A stretch of DNA of 64,000 bases from Thermomicrobiales bacterium (lineage in GTDB: Bacteria; Chloroflexota; Chloroflexia; Thermomicrobiales; UBA6265): positions 12,798-76,797 of the forward strand of contig JBHOQQ010000172.1 of NCBI GenBank assembly GCA_042408955.1. The letters run 5' to 3'. The notes below the pieces were generated by a model. That model was not told the origin of the DNA. It made no database searches and saw nothing but the letters and a program-made list of their open reading frames with translations. The position numbers and the translations under genes were made by a program. Positions 47,192 through 56,837 of the stretch are shown here, piece after piece. Each line of letters begins with the position of its first letter. Position 1 is the stretch's first letter.

Positions 47192-48205
47192 ATGATCGTG
47201 ATGCGACGCACCCTACGGCTGGTTTCTCTCGTCCTCTTCACAGTTTTGATGGTAGGCACGGCAATCCCTGCACTGGCCCAAGAAGCAGGCACCCCAGGGC
47301 CCGCGACCCCAGCCGTGCCGCCAGTGCCACAACTGCCAGTAACGGTCACCGACGCGTTCGGCAACAGCGAGACCGTCACTGATGTCAGCCGGATCGTTCC
47401 ATTGAGTGGCGATATCGCGGAAATCATCTGGACACTCGGACTCGGCGCAAACATCGTCGGTGTTGATGTCAGCGCCGTCTACCCTCCGGACTTGCTCCGG
47501 CTGCCGAAGATTGGCTTCGAGCGCCAGCTTTCGGCCGAGGGCATCCTCTCGCTCAACCCCACCGTGGTGATCGGCAAAGAGCAGGCAGGACCTGCCGCTG
47601 CTCTCGATCAGGTGCGCGCCGCGGGCGTGCCGGTGGTGATCGTTGCTGAGCCGCAGACGATTGAGGCACCTACTGCCAAGATCCGCGCGGTTGCGGCAGC
47701 GCTCGGGATTCCTGCGGCTGGCGAGGAACTCGCCAATCGCGTGCAAGCGGAGATCGACGCCGCCCGCGATCTTGCCGCTCAGGCAACGTCGCGCCCGCGC
47801 GTCCTCTTCCTTTACGTCCGCGGAGGCGGCACCCAGCTCTTGGCCGGAGCAGGCACGGTGGCCAATGCCATGATCGAAGCCGCTGGAGCAATTGACGCCG
47901 GGGCTGACACTGGCTTGCAAGGGTTTGTGCCGGTCACTGCCGAGGCGATTGTCGCCGCGCAGCCAGATGTGATCATCACACCGAGCTCGGGTGTCGAATC
48001 CATCGGTGGCATCGAAGGGGTGCTGGCTATCCCAGGCGTGGCGCAGACGCCTGCCGCCGAGCAGAAGCGCATCCTGATCTACGATGACTTGGAGTTTCTC
48101 GGCATGACGCCACGCACCGGCCAGATGCTCCTGGATCTGGTGCACGCGCTGCATCCGGAGCTAGCCGAAGCCACGCCAGCGGCATCTCCCGCCGCCTCGT
48201 CGTGA
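47192..48205 (+). CDS. Iron-complex/heme/cobalamin-class ABC substrate-binding protein (HmuT/FecB/BtuF type)
   Basis: Signal MIVMRRTLRLVSLVLFTVLMVGTAIPALA; RIVPLSGDIAEIIWTLGLGANIVGVD...LSLNPTVVIG...QPDVIITPSS. Followed by a FecCD permease and an ATPase. Confidence 0.8.
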   Translation: MIVMRRTLRLVSLVLFTVLMVGTAIPALAQEAGTPGPATPAVPPVPQLPVTVTDAFGNSETVTDVSRIVPLSGDIAEIIWTLGLGANIVGVDVSAVYPPDLLRLPKIGFERQLSAEGILSLNPTVVIGKEQAGPAAALDQVRAAGVPVVIVAEPQTIEAPTAKIRAVAAALGIPAAGEELANRVQAEIDAARDLAAQATSRPRVLFLYVRGGGTQLLAGAGTVANAMIEAAGAIDAGADTGLQGFVPVTAEAIVAAQPDVIITPSSGVESIGGIEGVLAIPGVAQTPAAEQKRILIYDDLEFLGMTPRTGQMLLDLVHALHPELAEATPAASPAASS

Positions 48206-48225
48206 GGAGACGTTGAGCAACGCTC

Positions 48226-49320
48226 ATGCTGCCGGCCGCCGCGTTTCACCGGCGTTGGAAAGACGGATGGCGAGGCACCACCAGCGTGCCTCGCATCCCG
48301 GCAACCGTCCTTCTTCCAACGCTCACCGCCGCCCTGATCGCCGGTGTGCTGCTCGCTATCGGCATCGGGGCGGTGCGTATTGCGCCGGAGCAGGTTGTCG
48401 CCATCATCCTTCACCACGCGGGCATCGATCTGGATGTCGAGTACACCCACCAGCAAGCCGCGATCGTCTGGGCAATCCGCCTGCCGCGCGTGCTCACGGC
48501 GATCCTGGTCGGAAGCGCCCTTGCCGTCTCCGGTGCAGCGTTGCAGGGCATGTTTCGCAATCCCCTCGCCGATCCTGGCCTCATCGGCGTGTCGAGCGGG
48601 GCCGCGCTAGGAGCGGTCGCTTCCGTCGCGCTCGGGATGAGCTGGCTTGGCATCGCGACGATGCCGGTTTGCGCCTTCATTGGCGGTATGGCGACCGCGG
48701 TGACCGTGTACCTCCTGTCGCGCCACCATGGGCGGACGGAGATTGTGACGCTGGTGCTCACGGGCATCGCGCTGAACACCTTCGCCGGGGCCGGCACGGG
48801 ATTGCTCACCTACATCGCGAGTGATCAGCAGATCCGGGCGGTGGTCTTTTGGTCACTCGGAAGCTTGGGCAGCGCGACGTGGCGCGGCGTGCTCGTGACA
48901 CTGCCGTTCGTGGCAATCGGTCTGGTTGCCGCGCCGCGGTGGGGACCGGTGCTCAATTTGTTCGTGCTCGGTGAGCGGGAGGCACGGCACCTTGGTGTCG
49001 ATACGGAGCGGGTCCGTCTTGAGTTGATCTTCCTGACGGCACTGATGACGGGAGCGGCGGTGGCGGTGGCAGGAGTGGTCGGTTTCGTCGGCCTGATCGT
49101 TCCTCACCTGATCCGACTGGTGGCCGGGCCAGATCACCGGGTCCTTCTGCCGGCGAGCGCGCTTGGAGGGGCAGCCATGCTCCTCTTTGCTGATTTGGCG
49201 GCGCGCACCGTCGCTGCTCCCGCTGAGCTACCCCTCGGCGTCGTGACGGCGCTGATCGGCGGACCGTTTCTGCTCGTGCTGATGCTGCGCACGCGAAAGG
49301 CTCACGGCGGTTGGGGATGA
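48226..49320 (+). CDS. FecCD-family iron-complex/heme ABC permease
   Basis: ...IVWAIRLPRVLTAILVGSALAVSGAALQGMFRNPLADPGLIGVSSGAALGA...LPLGVVTALIGGPFLLVLM. Confidence 0.9.
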   Translation: MLPAAAFHRRWKDGWRGTTSVPRIPATVLLPTLTAALIAGVLLAIGIGAVRIAPEQVVAIILHHAGIDLDVEYTHQQAAIVWAIRLPRVLTAILVGSALAVSGAALQGMFRNPLADPGLIGVSSGAALGAVASVALGMSWLGIATMPVCAFIGGMATAVTVYLLSRHHGRTEIVTLVLTGIALNTFAGAGTGLLTYIASDQQIRAVVFWSLGSLGSATWRGVLVTLPFVAIGLVAAPRWGPVLNLFVLGEREARHLGVDTERVRLELIFLTALMTGAAVAVAGVVGFVGLIVPHLIRLVAGPDHRVLLPASALGGAAMLLFADLAARTVAAPAELPLGVVTALIGGPFLLVLMLRTRKAHGGWG

Positions 49321-50216
49321 GCGCACCCGAGCCCGTCCTTCAGGCGAATGATGCGGGATTCGCCATCGGCTCCCGGTGGCTCGTTCAGGACATCACGCTG
49401 GCGCTGCATCGCGGTGAGGTCGTTGCCCTGGCCGGTCCCAACGGGGCTGGCAAATCAACCCTCCTTCGCCTGCTCGCTGGTGATGTGGCTCCGACGCGGG
49501 GTCAGGTCCTCCTCGACGGCCGCCCGGTTGGCGCCTACCGGCCGCGCGATCTGGCGCTTCGCCGGGCAGTCTTGCCCCAGCAAACGATCGTGCAGTTCGC
49601 CTTCACCGCGAAAGAAGTGGTGGAGATGGGCCGCAGTCCCCGCCAGACTACGCCGGACGCCGATGAGGCCGTGGTGCTCAGCAGCTTGCAGCGAACGGAA
49701 GCGCTGCACCTTGCCCAGCGAACCTTCCCGTCGTTGTCAGGTGGCGAGCAGACCCGTGTCTCTCTCGCGCGCGTTCTTGCTCAGGAAACTCCCATCCTCC
49801 TCCTCGACGAGCCGACGGCATCGCTCGACCTGCGCCATCAGCAACTGGTCATGAGTGTCGCCCGCGCGATTGCCAGCCATGGAGGCATCGTGGTGGTCGT
49901 GCTGCATGATCTCAATCTTGCCGCCGCATTTGCCGACCGGATCGCCATCCTCTGCGACGGGCGTCTGGCTGCTCTCGGTACGCCTTGGGACACGCTCACA
50001 GAGTCTCGATTATCCGAGATCTTTTCCTGCCCAGTGGCCGTCGTGCGGCATCCCGCCCGGGATTGCCCGGTCGTGATTCCGCTCGGCTTGTCGGTGGCAG
50101 AACCGCTGGGTGCAGAACTCCCGTCTCGCACCACCATCGCTCATTCGGTGGCTGAGATTCCGGACTTGGGCATTACTCCCAGTTCCCCCTTGACGCGCTC
50201 CCCTTCAAGCCGGTAG
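49317..50216 (+). CDS. Iron-complex/heme ABC transporter ATP-binding protein (HmuV/FecE-like)
   Basis: GPNGAGKSTLLRLL, LSGGEQTRVSLARVL, ILLLDEPTASLD. ATG 49317 overlaps the permease TGA (ATGA). Confidence 0.9.
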   Translation: MSAPEPVLQANDAGFAIGSRWLVQDITLALHRGEVVALAGPNGAGKSTLLRLLAGDVAPTRGQVLLDGRPVGAYRPRDLALRRAVLPQQTIVQFAFTAKEVVEMGRSPRQTTPDADEAVVLSSLQRTEALHLAQRTFPSLSGGEQTRVSLARVLAQETPILLLDEPTASLDLRHQQLVMSVARAIASHGGIVVVVLHDLNLAAAFADRIAILCDGRLAALGTPWDTLTESRLSEIFSCPVAVVRHPARDCPVVIPLGLSVAEPLGAELPSRTTIAHSVAEIPDLGITPSSPLTRSPSSR

Positions 50217-50292
50217 GGTATACACAAATCCGATCTGGTGAGTAGGAATTACAGCCAGAGACGGAATCGTCGCTGGCTGAGGGGGAGGTTGT

Positions 50293-51426
50293 GTGTTCAG
50301 CAAGGGCGGACAAGGAAGCGACGGGATGGGGCGAGGCAGCATGCGTCTTTCCCGCCGGCTCTTTGCACGGACGTTTTTGACCGGCGCAGGCTGCGCGCTC
50401 ATGCGGATAGCGCCCACCTCCGCCGCCGCTCAAGACACCTCGTCAGGTCAGCCTGATCTCAGCGCGATCAAGGTGTATCTCACCGAGCAGGTCGGTCAAC
50501 TGCAAGCTGGGAGTGCTTCGCTCGCGGATACGGCTCAAGCCTATTACGACCGTCTTGCTGCCTATCACTTTGATTACGCGGCAGCCTGGGCCGGTGACCA
50601 GGCCACGCTGGTCAGCCTTATCACGAAGGCACGCGATGAGTGGCGCGACGCGCACACCGCGTACGAGATGAGCGAAGGGCTGGTCGCGGGCGTGCCCTCG
50701 CTCGCCTACTTTGACACGCTGCTCGATGCCGGGCCGAGTGGAACCGAGGACCCGGAAAACGCGCTGGACTGGAAGCTGACCCTGCCCGATGGCCAGGTGT
50801 TGGAAAGGCCCGGCAACATCTTTCACCACCTCACCGAGCCCGCGTTGTGGGGAACGGAAGCCTCGTTCGTTGGCATGCAGGCCGATCTTGATGGCGATGG
50901 CCAGCTCCGCGTTGGCGATGTGTTGCCAGAAGCCAATGTGCTCCTCGGCTCCGTCAAAGCGCTGAGTGAGAGCGCGGGTCGCCTGGCGGCCGCCGTGGGG
51001 GATTGGGAGCCGACGGTTGAGGATGCGTTCACCGCCCTAGTAACGATGTTGCCAACGATGAGCGACTACTTCGAGGAATGGAAGCAGTCCGTCTATGTGG
51101 CAGGCGCGCAAGCGACTGAAACATCGTTCGTTGGCCAGAGCCGCCTGGTGGACGTCTACGGAATCATCAATGGGCTCGACGTCACGTACGATGCCCTCAA
51201 CCCAGTCGTCAGCGCGGCCTCTCCTGAATTGAGCCAGCAAATTGACGCCGGTTTTGCGCGGTTGGCCAGCTTCATCAGCAACCTTCTTAACCAGGAGCAA
51301 GCCGGCAAGCGCTTCACCGGGGAAGAAGCCGATCTCCTCGGCGCGGAAGCGCAGAACCAAGCAGCGACGCTCGCCGGCATGGTCAGTCAGGCGATCGCGC
51401 TTCTCGGCGTGCAAGTCGGCTCCTAG
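50293..51426 (+). CDS. Imelysin/EfeO-M75-like periplasmic iron-uptake protein, Tat-type signal
   Basis: MRLSRRLFARTFLTGAGCAL leader; ARDEWRDAHTAYEMSEG and NIFHHLTEPALWG align with EfeO ...ARVHYERIEP... and GFHRLEKALFG (HxxE). GGGGGAGG lies 4-5 nt before GTG 50293. Confidence 0.7.
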   Translation: MFSKGGQGSDGMGRGSMRLSRRLFARTFLTGAGCALMRIAPTSAAAQDTSSGQPDLSAIKVYLTEQVGQLQAGSASLADTAQAYYDRLAAYHFDYAAAWAGDQATLVSLITKARDEWRDAHTAYEMSEGLVAGVPSLAYFDTLLDAGPSGTEDPENALDWKLTLPDGQVLERPGNIFHHLTEPALWGTEASFVGMQADLDGDGQLRVGDVLPEANVLLGSVKALSESAGRLAAAVGDWEPTVEDAFTALVTMLPTMSDYFEEWKQSVYVAGAQATETSFVGQSRLVDVYGIINGLDVTYDALNPVVSAASPELSQQIDAGFARLASFISNLLNQEQAGKRFTGEEADLLGAEAQNQAATLAGMVSQAIALLGVQVGS

Positions 51427-51435
51427 GGGGAGGAG

Positions 51436-53829
51436 GTGCGCGTGGCATCGGTACTGGTATCTCGCTGCCCAAGGTGTGTTCTGCGGCTGCTCCTGGCTAC
51501 CCTGCTCATTGCCCTGAACCTGCTCGCGCGGCCAGCGGTTGAGCCGGCGGGTGCGGCAGACGCACTCGCGCCCGCGGAAGTCGCTGAGGCAGCTTCTGCC
51601 GCACTGTTCGAGGCGCAAACTCGCCTCCTGGCCGGAGACGCTGAAGGATCGGCAGCGAAGGCTCTGGAGGCAGAGCAGGTCGCTGCGCCGCTGGTGGCAG
51701 CATTCGCGCCGGTGCCTGAAGACCAGGCTGCATTGATCGAGGCGCTCGCGGCAGCGCGGGAGGCAGCGGCGCGGGAGGATGGAGCGGCGCTCGCCGCCGC
51801 TCGCGGTCAGGCACGGACCGCCATGCTCCGGGGAAGCTTTGCCTTGACCCTGGCGAACGTGCAGGCCGGTGATGCCAGAGCGGCCCAGCAATGGCTCCTG
51901 CTCCGGGAGTTTCGGCCAGCGACGCGCTTTGCCCGGCCGAATGCCGATGGCACCCTCGCGCTCCAGCGCCTGACGACCGGCGCGCTCGATCCAGCAGCCG
52001 CTGTGCAGGCGGTGCGCGCTGATCTGCTCGACACCTACCAAGCCAAACTTGACGAAGCGCTGGATGCGATCAGCGATGCTGCCAGCCAGGGATATGCCCT
52101 GAAGCTGGCCGAAGCAGGGGCGCTGGCGCAGGGCTACTGGCACATCCTTTCCCCTGCCTACGCCGGGCAAGCGGGAGAACAAGCGGGCGCCAGCGCGGAC
52201 GCGCTGTTTGCTGAGATCGCCAGGGCCACGCTCGCGAGCGATAGCGGGCGCATTTCGCCGCTGCTCGATCGGGCGCGCCAGCTTAACGCTAGCTTCCGGG
52301 CTGCTCCCCTTTCATTGGAGGAGCAGCAGCGCCGGGCCGGCCAACTGCTGCTGTACCTCTCGCTGGTACCCGTTGAATATGGGCGTGGTGTCAAGGACGG
52401 AGCGGTGCTCGTGCCGATCGAGGTGCAGGAGGCCCGGACCTTCTTCGACGGCGCCGAGGCTGCCTTCCGTGATCTCCGTTCGACGCTGCAAAGCCGCAAC
52501 GCTGCCGCCACGGAGCGCGTGAGCGGCTTGCTCGCCCAGCTTGATCAGGCGCTCGCCGGCACGCAGACCGGCACTCAGGTCGCAGATCCCGAGCAGGTCG
52601 CGTCGGTAGCCTCCGAGACGGCCATGGCGCTGCGCGATCTGTTTCCACGCGAGTGGCTTCAGCGGAGCGGCGCAGCCGATTTTGATGTGATTCGGACACT
52701 GCTCGACCAAATGGAGCGAGCAGCCGCTGGCCGCCAGTTCAAGCAGGCGGAATCGGCACGGCTGGAAGCGTACGCGATCTTCGACGCAGGACCGGAAAAG
52801 CGCCTGCTTGGTTTCTCTCCACGGCTCGCGCAGCGCATCGAGCGACTGTTCTGGGGCGGTGACGGATCGTACGAGGGTTTGGCAGACGCGCTTGCGCGTG
52901 GCACATCCGGGAATGAGCTTCGGAAAACCCGTCTAGCGTTGGACGACGCGCTAAGCCAGGCCGAGAGCCTGCTCGGCGGTGGCAAGCCAGCGACCGGCGC
53001 GATCATCTTCAACGCGGCGACCATCGTTTTCCGCGAGGGGCTGGAGGCTGTGCTGATCCTCGCCTCACTGCTGGCGAGCATGGTTGGCGCGCATCGTCAT
53101 CTCAAGCGGCCACTCGTGTTCGGTGCGCTGGCGGCACTCGGCGCTTCCGGCATGCTCTTCGTCCTCGCGCGCTCCGTCCTGCTGTCCCTAGCGCGGTATT
53201 CGGAAAAGATCGAGGCTGTCGTCTCGCTGCTCGCAATCAGTGTGCTTCTCCTCGTGATGAACTGGTTCTTCCATAAAGTGTATTGGACGCGGTGGATCGC
53301 CCAGCACCATGCACGACGGCGGGCACTCATCGGCGGGGTGGCTGGGCAGATGCTCGGCCTGGCAACACTCGGGTTCACCAGTGTCTTCCGGGAAGGAGCG
53401 GAGACGGTCCTCTTCCTGCAAGCACTCGTGCTTGACGCAGGCACCGCGACGGTGATCGAGGGCACGGCGCTCGGCTTACTCGGCGTGGCCGCGATCGGGG
53501 CGCTGACGTTTATCGCCCAGGCCAAGCTGCCGCACAAGAAGATGCTGATCGTCACTGGCCTGCTCATCGCGACCGTGCTCGTGACGATGGTGGGGAACAC
53601 CATGCACGCCCTGCAGGCCGTGGGCTGGGCTCCGGTGACTCCGCTTGGAGAGATCGCAGTCCCGAATTGGGCGAATGTCTGGCTCGGCATCCACGCGACC
53701 TGGGAAGGTGTGGTCGCGCAGGTCGTCGCAATCGGGTTCGTTCTGGGCAGCTATGTCGTTGCCGAGCAACGCCGAGCGCGCTCACGCCAGGCGCGGCTGG
53801 CGCGCACGGCCGTGGCTGCTCAGGACTGA
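51436..53829 (+). CDS. FTR1/EfeU-family high-affinity iron permease fused to a ~520-aa N-terminal helical domain
   Basis: Two RExxE motifs in TM helices: VFREGLEAVLIL (REGLE at nt 53032-53046) and VFREGAETVLFL (53389-53403). N-terminal anchor LRLLLATLLIALNLL, then about 500 aa of Ala/Leu/Glu-rich sequence. GGGGGAGGAGG lies directly upstream of the GTG. Confidence 0.8.
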   Translation: MRVASVLVSRCPRCVLRLLLATLLIALNLLARPAVEPAGAADALAPAEVAEAASAALFEAQTRLLAGDAEGSAAKALEAEQVAAPLVAAFAPVPEDQAALIEALAAAREAAAREDGAALAAARGQARTAMLRGSFALTLANVQAGDARAAQQWLLLREFRPATRFARPNADGTLALQRLTTGALDPAAAVQAVRADLLDTYQAKLDEALDAISDAASQGYALKLAEAGALAQGYWHILSPAYAGQAGEQAGASADALFAEIARATLASDSGRISPLLDRARQLNASFRAAPLSLEEQQRRAGQLLLYLSLVPVEYGRGVKDGAVLVPIEVQEARTFFDGAEAAFRDLRSTLQSRNAAATERVSGLLAQLDQALAGTQTGTQVADPEQVASVASETAMALRDLFPREWLQRSGAADFDVIRTLLDQMERAAAGRQFKQAESARLEAYAIFDAGPEKRLLGFSPRLAQRIERLFWGGDGSYEGLADALARGTSGNELRKTRLALDDALSQAESLLGGGKPATGAIIFNAATIVFREGLEAVLILASLLASMVGAHRHLKRPLVFGALAALGASGMLFVLARSVLLSLARYSEKIEAVVSLLAISVLLLVMNWFFHKVYWTRWIAQHHARRRALIGGVAGQMLGLATLGFTSVFREGAETVLFLQALVLDAGTATVIEGTALGLLGVAAIGALTFIAQAKLPHKKMLIVTGLLIATVLVTMVGNTMHALQAVGWAPVTPLGEIAVPNWANVWLGIHATWEGVVAQVVAIGFVLGSYVVAEQRRARSRQARLARTAVAAQD

Positions 53830-53907
53830 GACAACACAGGAAATGGGTTCGGGACATCCCGGGCGGTCCGGGATGGGGAACAGAGCCGTCGTAGGAAAGG
53901 AGTAACG

Positions 53908-55056
53908 ATGCACGATTGGATGAGCCACCACGGATCGAGCAACGAAGAGGAGAGGGCGATGCTGCGGCGCCTGAGCCGCCGGCGCGTCCTCCGCGAGGGG
54001 AGTGCGCTTGGGCTCGCACTCTTTGCTGCTGGGGGCTCGCTCCGGCATGTGGCCGCCACGTCGGAGGTGGAGGAGGAGACTCCCGAGTCGGAGCCCACAC
54101 CCGCTGGGGGAACTCCGGTTGGCTCCGCGGGCACCGTCACGATCTACTCCGGTCGTAACGAGCGGCTCATCGGCGATCTCGTGGCGCAGTTTGAGCGGGC
54201 GACAGGCATTGATGCCGAGGTGCGCTACGGCGACACCGCCGAGCTTGCGGCGACCATTCTCGAGGAGGGGGAGAACAGCCCAGCCGATCTGTTTTGGGCT
54301 CAAGATGCCGGAGCGCTCGGCGCGGTCGCCCGGGAAGACCGCCTTGCTGCGCTCCCGGACGAACTGCTTCAGCGCGTGGACGCCCGGTTTCACTCCAAGC
54401 AAGGGGTCTGGGTGGGAACCTCGGGCCGAGCGCGCGTCCTGGTCTACAACACCGAGCAACTGACCGAAGCGGATCTCCCGGCATCGGTCCTCGATCTTGT
54501 GGATGCCAAGTGGAAGGGCAAGATCGGCTGGGCGCCGACCAATGGCTCGTTCCAATCGTTTGTCACGGCGCTTCGGGTCTTGCGCGGCGACGATGCGGCG
54601 CGCGCCTGGCTTGAGGGCATCAAAGCGAACGAGCCGGTGGTGTTCGAAGGCAATGCTCCGATCGTTCGCGCCGTCGGAGCCGGCGAGATCGCTGTTGGGT
54701 TGGTCAATCACTACTATCTCTATGAGATCAAGGAAGAGGAGGGTGAGGATTTCCCAGCCGCCAACCACTTCTTCGCCCCTGGCGATCCGGGCAATCTCGT
54801 CAATGTGGCCGGAGTTGGTATCCTTCGGACAGCAAAGCACGCTGAGCAGGCGCTTCGCTTCGCGGACTACCTGCTTGGCCGGGAAGGGCAGGGGTATTTC
54901 GCCGAGCGCACCTTCGAGTACCCGCTGATCGAAGGCGTGAAGCCACGCGCGGATTTGGTCCCGCTCGACGAGATTCAAGGACCGGAGATCGATCTGAGCG
55001 ATCTTGCCGATCTGCAAGGCACGCTCCAGCTTCTCACTGAGGCGGGAGTTATTTAG
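53908..55056 (+). CDS. Fe(3+) ABC transporter substrate-binding protein (FbpA/AfuA-like), Tat-type signal
   Basis: LRRLSRRRVLREGSALGLALFAAGG; TIYSGRNERLIGDLVAQFERATGI...DLFWAQDAGALG...GTSGRARVLVYN...NHYYLYE. AAAGGAG sits before the ATG. Confidence 0.85.
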   Translation: MHDWMSHHGSSNEEERAMLRRLSRRRVLREGSALGLALFAAGGSLRHVAATSEVEEETPESEPTPAGGTPVGSAGTVTIYSGRNERLIGDLVAQFERATGIDAEVRYGDTAELAATILEEGENSPADLFWAQDAGALGAVAREDRLAALPDELLQRVDARFHSKQGVWVGTSGRARVLVYNTEQLTEADLPASVLDLVDAKWKGKIGWAPTNGSFQSFVTALRVLRGDDAARAWLEGIKANEPVVFEGNAPIVRAVGAGEIAVGLVNHYYLYEIKEEEGEDFPAANHFFAPGDPGNLVNVAGVGILRTAKHAEQALRFADYLLGREGQGYFAERTFEYPLIEGVKPRADLVPLDEIQGPEIDLSDLADLQGTLQLLTEAGVI

Positions 55057-55069
55057 GACGAGGGTTACT

Positions 55070-56761
55070 GTGCTCACGCTCCGTCCCCGCGCGGCGCGCG
55101 TGCCAATTCATTCGGGTCAGGGAACGCCGGCAAGCGTGGCCCCACGGCGCTTGGCTGCCGTCACCCGGCGGAGGAGCGTGAGCAGCCCCCCGGTCGTTGT
55201 CCTCGTTCCAGCCTTGCTGGTGGCCGCGGTCACGCTGGTGCCGATTCTGTACCTCATCCTTCGTGCCTCGGAGGCGGGCGGTGGAATTTGGCACTTGCTC
55301 TGGCGCGAACGAACGGCCTACGTGCTCAAGAACACGGTGATGCTGGCCGCTGGCGTGTCGCTTGCCGCCTCCGCGATTGCCGTGCCGATGGCCTGGCTCA
55401 CCACTCGCGCGGACCTTCCAGGCCGGCGGTTCTGGGCAACCATCGCTCCCTTGCCACTCGTGATTCCCTCCTACGTTGGCGCATTGACGATCGTGGCAGC
55501 CCTTGGTCCGCGCGGCTTCCTGCAGAGCGCGCTTGAACGGCCCTTTGGGATTGAGCGCCTGCCTGAGATTTATGGATTCTGGGGAGCCTGGCTCACTCTG
55601 ACGTTGTTTACCTATCCGTATGTACTGCTGAGCGTGCGAGCGGCCCTGCGCGGGCTCGATCCATCGCTCGATGAGGCTGCGCGATGCCTCGGCCATGGCG
55701 CGTGGCGCACGTTCTTTTTCACCACGCTTCCCCAATTGCGGCCCGCGGTGATTGCTGGAGCCTTGCTGGCAGCGCTGTATTCCATCAGCGATTTCGGCGT
55801 GGTGACCCTTCTTCGGTACGATGCCTTCACTCGCGAAATCTATGTCCAGTATCGCGCTTCCTTTGATCGCACGCTCGCGGCCGCGCTCGCTCTCGTGCTC
55901 GTGTGCTTTGCCCTCGTGTTGCTTGCCATCGAATCGCGCGTTCGCGGACGCGCCGCTTACCACCGCCTTGGCTCGGGCGCCGCGCGGCGGGCGCGCCCGG
56001 TACCGCTCGGCGCCTGGCGATATCCCGCACTAGCATTCTGCGGCGTGGTCATCGCGCTCGCGCTTGGGCTGCCGCTGGGCGTCCTCAGCTACTGGCTGAT
56101 CCGCGCGCTGCGGCGTGGCGATGAGCCAGAGACCCTGCTGACGGCGGCACAGCACTCGGTAACCGTGAGCTTTGCAGCGGCTGTCGTCACGACGCTCGCA
56201 GCACTCCCGGTCGCGATCCTTATCGTTCGGTACCGCACGCGCCTGAGCCAGTGGATCGAGCGCGTCAGTTATGCTGGCTACGGTCTACCCGGCATCGTGG
56301 TTGCACTGTCGTTCGTGTTCCTCGGCGCGCGATACCTCACTCCGCTCTACCAGACGCTGGCGCTCCTGATCGTCGCTTATACGGTACGCTTCCTTCCGCA
56401 GGCGATCGCCGCGGTGCGAGGCTCGCTGCTCCAAGTGAGTCCACGCCTGGAGGAGGCAGCCCGAAATCTCGGGCGCTCGCCGTTCGGCGCGATCCAGAGC
56501 GTGACCATTCCGCTGTCTGGGCCGGGTATCGCCGCCGGCGCGGCATTGGTCTTTTTGACCGTGATGAAGGAGTTGCCGATGACGTTGCTCCTGAGCCCCA
56601 CGGGCTACAAGACCCTGGCCACGACTGTCTGGACGGCCGCTGGGAATGGCGCGTTTGGCGAAGCGGCGGCTCCAGCCCTGGCACTCGTGGCCGTCTCGGC
56701 CGTCCCGATGTTGCTGCTGGCCACGAGGGAGCGCGGCGAAGCACCGCGAGGCGACGAGTGA
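55070..56761 (+). CDS. Fe(3+) ABC transporter permease (two-module FbpB-like)
   Basis: Duplicated permease modules with EAA-like loops (DPSLDEAARCLGHGAWRTFFFTTLPQLRP and SPRLEEAARNLGRSPFGAIQSVTIP). The GTG 55070 start is assumed. Confidence 0.85.
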   Translation: MLTLRPRAARVPIHSGQGTPASVAPRRLAAVTRRRSVSSPPVVVLVPALLVAAVTLVPILYLILRASEAGGGIWHLLWRERTAYVLKNTVMLAAGVSLAASAIAVPMAWLTTRADLPGRRFWATIAPLPLVIPSYVGALTIVAALGPRGFLQSALERPFGIERLPEIYGFWGAWLTLTLFTYPYVLLSVRAALRGLDPSLDEAARCLGHGAWRTFFFTTLPQLRPAVIAGALLAALYSISDFGVVTLLRYDAFTREIYVQYRASFDRTLAAALALVLVCFALVLLAIESRVRGRAAYHRLGSGAARRARPVPLGAWRYPALAFCGVVIALALGLPLGVLSYWLIRALRRGDEPETLLTAAQHSVTVSFAAAVVTTLAALPVAILIVRYRTRLSQWIERVSYAGYGLPGIVVALSFVFLGARYLTPLYQTLALLIVAYTVRFLPQAIAAVRGSLLQVSPRLEEAARNLGRSPFGAIQSVTIPLSGPGIAAGAALVFLTVMKELPMTLLLSPTGYKTLATTVWTAAGNGAFGEAAAPALALVAVSAVPMLLLATRERGEAPRGDE

Positions 56762-56837
56762 TGAACGCCGATCTGACAGCGATCCACGCATGAGCGCTAG
56801 GCGCCAGTACGCGACCGCATAGTGACCATAGGTTGCC

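Noticed and set aside
53782-55077. Long antisense ORFs: 53782..55077 (431 aa), 41306..42412 (368 aa), 47213..48154 (313 aa), 51037..52182 (381 aa), 2594..3718 (374 aa) and 4115..5062 (315 aa).
   Set aside because: Each lies opposite a gene with clear family motifs. Their translations are Arg/Pro/Gly-rich with no recognisable motifs. They are typical shadow ORFs of high-GC DNA.
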